From: the human T2T-CHM13v2.0 reference genome, Homo sapiens
Direction: 5' to 3' (one strand)
Assembly: GCF_009914755.1 (NCBI RefSeq)
Contig: NC_060940.1
DNA: 64,000 nt
Part shown: positions 54,086-64,000 of the stretch, in pieces
Position numbering within the stretch: the first letter of the stretch is position 1
How the letters are laid out: every line of letters starts with the position of its first letter
Notes under the pieces: model-generated
Told to the model about the DNA's origin: nothing
The model's database searches: none
Seen by the model: the letters and a program-made list of their open reading frames with translations, nothing else
Made by a program: the position numbers and the translations under genes

Positions 54086-55289
54086 AAAAGCAAGTCTAGA
54101 AGTGACATGAGACTTTGGAAGTCTGTCTTTTGAACTTTGAAGGGTTTAATTCCTTTGCAACCAAACTTGGGCATCTCCTGTACCCACCATTCACTGCGTT
54201 GCTTAGCATAAGAAAGACAAAACTGATTACTTTCTCTAAGGGCTGGACAAGTTTGTTTCCAGGGGTAAAGCAGTAGGCAGGAGGTGCTGTAGCTGGAGAA
54301 AACCAAGAGGCTTGCGGATTTTGAGATAATAAAAATCCTGAAAATGCTCCTGAAGTCCTCAAAGTGATGGAAGATACACCATTACTCCTGGACTCGTTAA
54401 TTCTTAAGCTTTTTTAAAAAATTTTTTTCTTTGTTTTTGGTTGTGGTGATGGGGGCGGAAGGGGTGGAATCTTTTACAATAGGATAAACACTATGGGCCT
54501 TCTCTCCAGAAAATATGTACAATCACACACAAACATGCACACATACATGCACAGTTGTGTGTGTAATTTTAGGGATTAATGGAATCTCTTGAATCCAACT
54601 ACAAGATATGCAGACCCCAGGTTTCGAACCCTTTGAGATTTCACGTGTCTATTTTAGCTTACCACCATATTCACAGGATGCATCAGAGAGCTTAACATAT
54701 AATATTAGGACTTCACACATTTCTGTTGAATTGAGTTGAATTTTTGTTGAACTAGTTTCAATTGAAATTGCCCAACTTGAGAAATAGGGGCATGGACCCG
54801 CTGACTTTCTCAAAATCTCATGTATCTTGGGAATGTTCAACTATACACAAGGTGGCTCCAGATATTGATTCTATAAGGATAAAATGATTTTTCCAGCACT
54901 TTCCATCTTCAGCCCTCACCAGGACGTGTGAGTCTTTCCTTCCATAAAGGATCATGGTGGAAAATATGAGAGTGTGAAGTATGGTTCACATCTGGATAAG
55001 CAAACAGAGCTCTGTGTTGAAACAGCTTAATTAATGGTGATGCCAAGCCCTTGGCCTTGTTTCCTCAGTGCCATATGCGGTGCAAATAACGCCCAGGTCT
55101 CCGCTCTGAGTGGGACACGTGAAACTCCGGTCTAGAAAGGGCAGCCTAGATTGGTGAAAAAAATTAACAGCTGAAGTGGAACAGAATTAAAATTTATCTT
55201 GAACCTGGCGTTTAATGAAGGGTGTTTAATTTCATTAATAGAGCTTAGAGAATCTTTCCTGTTGAGAAGGACTTATATAAGGGGCAAAA

Positions 55290-55965
55290 TGAATAACTGT
55301 CCAACCACTACGGAGGCAGAATGGTAAAAATTGAAAATGTCAGTAATTGGAGGTTTGGCCAGGGTGTGAGAAAATCGGTGTTTTTATATACTGCTGGAAG
55401 GAGGGTGAAATGTGTAAATATTTTGGAGAGCTATTTGGTAATAATGATTAAAACAAACAGAAAAAGCATATAGTCTTTGACCCAAGTGTTCCAGTATTGA
55501 GATGTTTTCCTACAAATGTTCTCATTCCTATGCACAATGAAGATGTTCATTGTTTATAATAGGGTGGACTGGAGACAATCTAAGTGTCCAAGAATCCAAG
55601 AATAGGGAATTGGCTAATTAATTAATCCATTCGCTCAATGGTACCCATTTTGGCATTTGGGAAGGAGAAAATAGCTTAATATGCCCTGATAAGGAGTCAT
55701 AGCCATGATATATGTTTTCAGTGGAAAAAAAAGCATGGGGCTTAAAGAATATTTCTAATGATAAGAACAGGGATGTGGAAATGCTTGGAATATCTGTGGA
55801 AGGCTGGGCATATGCACACACACATACTTTATAATAATAGATACTTCTAAAGAGAAGTTGGGGACGGTATCAGGGATGGGATTAATAATTTTAGTTAAAT
55901 ATACTTTGTACTGTTTGGATTTTTACTATATGCAGATGTTAATTTTTTAAATTAAAAATTTTTTT
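55290..55965 (+). mobile_element. Old L1ME-like fragment
   Basis: ttttggagagctatttgg..gcatatagtctttgaccca..ctggagacaatctaagtgtcca. Confidence 0.7.
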
Positions 55966-57072
55966 AAATAGAAGAAATCCATTTTAAAAACAAGTAATCA
56001 TTTCTTAGGTTTATTTGTTCATTTATTCACTTAAATACTTACTGAGCACATGCAAAGAGCTGACATTTGATGACCCAGTCTTCAAAAATGTGACCTGCTA
56101 TTTGTGCGTTGAGGGTATTGAACAAAGTGTTATGCCTCTTACAGTGCTTCCCAACCATAACCTCATGGCAAGTTTGTTTCGGGAAGGAGGGAGAAAGAGA
56201 AAGGGTGAAATTCTTTGAGCCTCTGACGTTTTCCAGCCACTGTGCTGGGCACTGTCTATATGCTTATCTAATCTGGTCTTCTCTTTGCTGAATTCCTAGC
56301 ACCTAGATCAGGGCTTGCATCTGATGAGCAAATGGATGATTGAATTAATAAATAAATAAAGGAATGAATTGTGGTGCCTGGGCCCTCTGTCAAGAGGGAG
56401 CAAGTGGCCTGAGGAAGGGCAGACTCTCAGCTGAGCCCAAGACCCAGGCTCCCTGCTGGGTGCTGCTGAGAGGAGGACTTACACACTGAGCTTTCCTGGT
56501 GCTCCCTCTGGGGAAGAGTGTGTGCGTAATAACCACTCAGCGTTTTTGCCCAGGAAGCAGCAGACAAGCCAGGAGGCTTGTTTAATATTTTAATAGTATG
56601 CATTTTTAAAATATATCATCTGGGTACACTAGTCAGTTTCTCTTCACTTCTGTTATATTTTTTGATACCTGAGGGTTTTGTCTGCTTTCTGGAACAGTTG
56701 CCTCTGTGAGAAAAAGTCTCACTTGTTCCAACAAATATTTACTAAAAACTTTAAGAATATATTTGAGAGATCACTACTGACCCTTTCCTTCTTTGAGGAA
56801 CAACTTCCCCCCAACTAAGGATCTCGGTGTTCATGCCGTGTAACATGTTTGTTTCTTATAGACACAGTGGACCATGTAAGACGTTGGGTTCTCTTTTTGC
56901 ATCTGCCACTAGGAAGCTCAGAACCCAACTGTGCCATCTATTTCTAGCATAGTTTCCATTTTGTCTATGAAAGTGGTGCTTACCTGTTCTACACTATTCT
57001 ATATGGCGTTTTTCTTAAATGTATTTTATCTTGTATTATATGACCCCTATAAAGACTTTGGAACAAGGTAAG

Positions 57073-58047
<975 letters not shown>

Positions 58048-58862
58048 TCACGTGGAGCTTTACTATTCTGCAACCCTTCTATTTGAAAAGATGCTGTATT
58101 GAGAGTGCCAGGACTGAAAGGACTCATCATGATTCAAAATTTCTCATGTTATAGCTGTAGATTAGAGCTCAGAGAAGGCAAGCAAGGCTGCACAGCAAAG
58201 TTGCAGAATGTAGGTTTTCAGATCTGAGCCTGGGACTCTTCCTCCTGTTCTTTCTCATCAGTAAAGAGGATAGAGACTCGGTTCACCAACCAATTAAAAT
58301 GAAAGTCATCATTCCAAAGGCGGGGGTAAGAGACACTGCAAATTAAAAGAGCTTTACATGAGAAGGAGGCAGAGGGCATGGGCTTAATGACCACAAATAA
58401 AAAGAAACAGCCGAGAAATGGGGCTGTCAGTTTCTGCTTTAGCTATCAGGATGCAGCCAAAAATGAAGATATGAACAGACTAAGCCCTTATCCCAAAGGG
58501 GAGAGGAGCAATGTCCATGTGGGTATCCCAGGATGCTCCATGCACGATCTCATTTAATCCTTCCTCTTAACATTTCTGGCAGGTACTTCTGTGATTCCTC
58601 CATCTCACAGGTGAGAAAACTGTAGCTTGGAATGGCTAAGTCATTTGGGTGAAGTTACGTGGCCTATTAGATATGTGACCAAGGTTTGGCTCTGGTTCTT
58701 GGCTTACCTCTGGCCCTGCCTGGATTTTTAGCCCTGGATAATGCATTCTCCTAGTCTGGCCCTCAGTTTTCCCATCTGCAAATGCAAAGTGTGGATGGAA
58801 TGACTCAGAATCTTCTGCTTCTGAAGTTTACTGGTTTTCACAATGTGGGAAGTGTAGCTGAC

Positions 58863-59501
58863 TGTTATAGACTGAATTCTGTCACCCAAAATTCATGTGG
58901 AACATAATCCCCTATGAACTGTATTTGGAGATAGGGCCTTTAGGGAGATAATTAAGGTTAAAGGAGATTATAAGGGTGGGAAATACAGTTGACTGTTACG
59001 GACTGAATTCTGTTCCCTCCAAATTCATGTTGAACGTAATCCCTTATGGACTGTATTTGGAGATAGGGCCTTTAAGGAGATAACTAAGGTTAAAGGAGGT
59101 TATAATGGTGGGGTCCTAATCCACAGGACTGGTGTCCTTATAATGAAAGGAAGAGACACTGAGTTCTGTCTCCCAGCCTTGTGAGGACACGTTGAGATGA
59201 CTGCAAGCTGGGAAGAGAGCCTTCACCAGGAGCTGAATTTGCTGGTAGTTTGATCTTGAACCACATTGAGATGACTGCAAGCTGGGAAGAGAGCCTTCAC
59301 CAGGAGCTGAATTTGCTGGTAGTTTGATCTTGAACCACATTGAGATGACTGCAAGCTGGGAAGAGAGCCTTCACCAGGAGCTGAATTTGCTGGTACTTTG
59401 ATCTTGAACCTCCAGCCTCCAGAATTGTGACAAAATAAATTTCTGTTGTTGAAGCCACTCAGTCAGATGTTTTGTTATGGCAGCCCAAGCTGAGCAATAT
59501 A
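58863..59501 (+). mobile_element. MLT1A-like solo LTR with internal duplications; TSD ctgac
   Basis: tgttatagactgaat ... ttgttatggcagcccaagctgagcaatata. ctgac at 58858-58862 and 59502-59506. Confidence 0.9.
59188..59410. repeat. 3 x 74-bp tandem repeat
   Basis: Units start at 59188, 59262 and 59336, with one mismatch between neighbouring units. Confidence 0.97.
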
Positions 59502-59687
59502 CTGACCATCACTTGATTTTATGGATTCATGTATTGGAAGCACTGTCTAAAGGTGGATTGCAGAGGACTATTTGGATCAGATTCTGGATATGGGCCAGGG
59601 CAAGGTATTCTGGGTGGCCAAAGGATGGGGGTCATGAGGCCAAATGAGGGGACACAAGGCACAATAGCCATAAATAGCAATGCCCTT

Positions 59688-59690
<3 letters not shown>

Positions 59691-59719
<29 letters not shown>

Positions 59720-60001
59720 GAGACGGAGTCTCGCTCTGTCGCCCAGGCTGGAGTGCAGTGGCTCGATCTCTGCTCACTGCAAGCTCCGCCTCCTGGGTTC
59801 ACGCCATTCTCCTGCCTTCAGCGTCTCGAGTAGCTGGGACTACAGGCACCCACCACCACGCCCGGCCAATTTTTTGTATTTTTAGTAGAGACGGGGTTTC
59901 TCCATGTTAGCCAGGATGGTCTCGATCTCCTGCCCTCGTGATCCGCCTGCCTCAGCCTCCCAAAGTGCTGGGATTACAGACGTGAGCCACCGCGCCCGGC
60001 C
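59691..60001 (-). mobile_element. AluY with T29 tail; TSD agcaatgcc(c/g)ttgac
   Basis: Y-diagnostic gcaagctccgcctcc..ttcacgccattc. TSD at 59676-59690 and 60002-60016. Confidence 0.97.
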
Positions 60002-61227
60002 AGCAATGCCGTTGACATTTTTATCCAAGGGGTTTGCATGCTAGAGGGAGTCCCAGCACAAAAGGTTAAAATCTCCAAGGACTGGGATGGTATCTGTCGT
60101 GTTTCGCATTGCCTAGCTCAGAGCCTGCCATGGAGCAGAATTTCAGCAAAATTCATTGACTGACTGGCTGGGCAAGCACTTACTAAACTGGTTTGAACTC
60201 TGGTTCTGTGTCTTAGGCAAGAGACTTTTTGATGCAAATGACACATCTATAAAATGGGTATCATGATAGCAGGACTGCTTAAGCCTCACATGTCGACTTT
60301 GGTGGCTGAGAGTCTGGGTTCTGAGGTTGGATGGCATGAGTTTAAATTTCACCTCTTGGAGTTCTGAGCCATTAGATTTCAAGCAACGTCCCTGAATTTT
60401 TTGTGCCTCAGTTTCCTTATCTTTAAAAAGGAGGTAATAATACCACCGCATGAGGTGCAGGGAGGGTAAAGTGAGATGCGAGTGCAATGTGCTTGGTGGG
60501 GGGTCTGGCACATAGTAAATGCTCAGTCAACAGTAAATGCCTTCTTCTCTTTAATAGTCCTTCAAAGCTGCAGAGTGTGGCAGTAAGGGGCTTCCCTGCC
60601 AGTCCTACATTTAATGGAATCAGAGGGAATATTGCCCTCTTTCAGCCCCTGGATGCCTGCAGACTCAGGATTCCCCACTGCAGCCAGTAACCACGCTGCT
60701 GGATTGGGGCTGCTGGGTAACACCTTTTTTTATAAAAACAGAAAAGAAAGGTTTTTCTTAGATGGGCTCACTTGCGAAGAACTCTCAGAAATCCATTAAC
60801 TCTAGTATTACTAAACATCTGAATGCAATTTGCGGGCTATAATAACATCTCTCAAGTTAGCAAATGTTTATGCCTCTCTATAATTTTCTTTTCCATATGA
60901 AAATAGACCTGTCATACTAACGTAGTGGGCCAGCTGCCTCTATAATATCGTTAATAGGCAGGAAGGATTGTAGCTCCTACAGTCTGATGGGCTTGAGATG
61001 CATTTCTATTCCAGAGTGGGCTCAAGGACGGATGGAGTTTCAGCTCTGGGGTCTACTTCATATGCGTCGCTTAACAGGTAGAAAATATATGATGTTAGAA
61101 TAAAGGAATTAGGAGGCACCAGGCCTGCTGTCATCTGTCAGGGAAATGAGTGAGTAGAACAAACATTTTTAGAGTCCCTGCTTTGTGCCAAGCAATAGGC
61201 TGGGCTTCAAATATATTTCAGTTGTAT

Positions 61228-61390
61228 TCTAACTTGGGTGTACATGTCAAGGTCCCCCATGGAGATTATCATAAATACAGATTCCTGGGCCTCACCCCAT
61301 ACTTGCTGAATTAGAATCCCTGTGGGTAGTGCCTGAACATCTGAATTTTTAATGCATTTCTTTGACCACCTAGTGGTTTCCATGCATTTC
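61228..61390. mobile_element. MER5-type DNA transposon remnant
   Basis: aaatacagattcctgggcctcacccc..cttgctgaattagaatcc..catctgaatttttaa. Confidence 0.65.
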
Positions 61391-61574
61391 AGGGTATAGG
61401 GGGGCTAAATCCTTATAGCACAGAGGAAAATGAAACTATATTTCAGGGAAAATATTCCTTTTACATAACAGATATGGATCATTTAAGCTTCCCCTAAAAG
61501 GTTTATTTCCTTTTCAAATAATTGGATAATTTAGATCCTCCACCCAAACCAGCCTCCTAATTGAGTTGTCTGGT

Positions 61575-62330
61575 ACATCAATTCAGCAAATATTTTCCGA
61601 TATTTTCCGAGTGCCTACTAAGTGCACACGCGTTTGGGAATGAAATATTTGAAAGACAGAGACGCTACACTGTTCCTGTGGAGGTTAGTTTCTAGTGGAA
61701 GAGCTGGGCATGAGCACAGGTGACTATAACAGAATATAAATATTACAGCAAATTGGGAAGTGGGAACCCTGAGAAGAGCTACTGACTTACATCAAGAGGG
61801 ACTGATAGCTCAGCTGAGATGAGAGAAACAGCAGAAGCCAGCCACGGGAAGGAAGCAGAGTGTGTGCTGGGCGGAGAGAACACCACGAGGCTGAGTCCTG
61901 GGGCTAGAAGGGGCTTGGAGAGGCAGAAGGACTCCAGAAGTTTCTGCCTGGCTGCAATGTAGAATGAGAGGTAGAAAATGCGGAAAAATGAGATCAGGCT
62001 GGAGAGGGCAGTTGTGTGCCATGCTGTGGAGTGGAGACTTTATGCTGAGGGCAGTGGTGAGCCATCGGAGGGGTAATGCAAGGGCATAACACAGTCATAT
62101 TCACGTTATAAAGATCACTCTGGCTGCTACATAAGATGCAAAGTAGAGGCAGGGAGCGGACCTCAGGGCTGGAAGACCAGTTGGGAGAATGTTGCTGTTG
62201 TTCGGGTGAAAGGGGATGGTCGTTTGGACCAAGAGATTGGTAGTAGAGTTGGGGTCCAGTTGACAGGCTCAAGACTCTGTCCAATGAGTGATTGGATACC
62301 AGACAACCTAGAGAGTTATTAGGGTGCAGA
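61575..62330 (-). mobile_element. L2 fragment
   Basis: aattcagcaaatattt..gagtgcctacta .. ttataaagatcactctggctgc. Confidence 0.7.
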
Positions 62331-62384
62331 ATAAACAATTCATCCCGAAGTCCAGCCCCAAGGAAATTACTATTACTACTACTT

Positions 62385-63076
<692 letters not shown>

Positions 63077-63544
63077 AGTGAGAGTGGCTGCACAATATGC
63101 TATTGTCTGGATGCACCATAATTTATTGAAACAATCCTTATTGCTGGACATTGAAGTTGTTCATATATATTTTTTACCATTATTAAGAATGCTAGTTATA
63201 ATAGTTTGACTTAAAGCTTTTCCCATATTTTAGACCTTTTTAAGAATAATTGTTAGAGAATACTAGAGGATTTTCCAAAGAGAGGTAGCCCCAAAGGAAG
63301 ACTCAGCACTGACTTCACTGAACAGGTGCCTTCTCCTTTCTGGTCAGTTTCCTTATCTGTGAAGTGGGCTCTACGTGTGATGATCTCTATCACTATCATC
63401 CTCTGAGTCTGCTCTGACTTTGAGCAGAGGGCAACTGCCCACCCTGACTCTGAGCTGAGCCTCTTGGGTGGTCATCCCAGCTAATCCTCTACTGCTTTGA
63501 AGGGAGCACTAACGGAGGAGAGCCTTTCTGGGATCCAAAATAGC

Positions 63545-63740
63545 AGCGTGGTTGCTAGCATGGGCTCGAACTCAGATAGGCATGGATCTGAATCCACTTA
63601 CTAGCTGTAAACCTGGGTCAGGCTATTTATTCTCTGCATGCCTCTGTTTTCTCATCTGTAAAATGGTGATAATGATAGGGTATAGCTTATTGGGTTATAA
63701 CAAGGACTAATGAGATAGAGCATGTGAGGCATTTGGCTGA
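63545..63740 (+). mobile_element. MIR SINE
   Basis: ccacttactagctgt .. tgcctctgttttctcatctgtaaaatgg. Confidence 0.8.
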
Positions 63741-63819
63741 TCTTGAGCAGCAAGAGAATATTCAGCCTTCGTACTACTTTTCTATTCTTAGAGAACCTAC
63801 GATTTTAAGTGGGAGAGTC

Positions 63820-64000
63820 AGTATGGTGTTGTATTGAAGAGTGTATACCCTGGGGTCTGATTGTCTGGGTTCCATCTATCATCGTTCTACAACTGCTAGT
63901 TCTATGACCTTGGACAACTTCTCTGAGCCTCAGTTTCCTCATTTGTGAAATGAAGATAATACTATGCCCATATTAAAGGGTTGTCGTGAGTATGTAAATG
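63820..64000 (+). mobile_element. MIR SINE
   Basis: tgaccttggacaa..ctctgagcctcagtttcctcatttgtgaaatg..gggttgtcgtgag. Confidence 0.85.

Noticed and set aside
59188-59410. Regular direct repeats as a possible CRISPR array
   Set aside because: The units are head-to-tail with no unique spacers, lie inside a mammalian LTR, and there are no cas genes.

Overview
This is primate (human-like) non-coding genomic DNA, either a large intron or an intergenic region. It is CpG-depleted and densely covered with repeats: about 22 Alu elements, L1PA/L1M fragments, long L2 remnants, many MIRs, MaLR/ERVL solo LTRs, MER5/MER3-type DNA transposons, one MADE1 and several microsatellites. I find no credible protein-coding gene. 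The listed ORFs are Alu-, L1- or low-complexity-derived, or chance ORFs. The one RNA-gene relic is a 3'-truncated 5S rRNA retro-pseudogene at 49867-49955 (minus strand). I could not identify the locus, and I see no evidence of a new gene system. The notable signals are structural: (1) a ~1.4 kb foldback-like cassette with 197-bp gapless inverted arms and an internal direct duplication, lying between two halves of a MIR that join exactly; (2) an L1PA 3' transduction with two poly(A) tails inside one target-site duplication (TSD); (3) a duplicated target/insert junction in the 5S pseudogene; (4) a local duplication that preserves the empty site of an Alu; (5) a young 3x74-bp tandem repeat inside an old LTR; (6) a miR-548-type MADE1 hairpin. 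Subfamily calls and the boundaries of old repeats were made by eye and are approximate.
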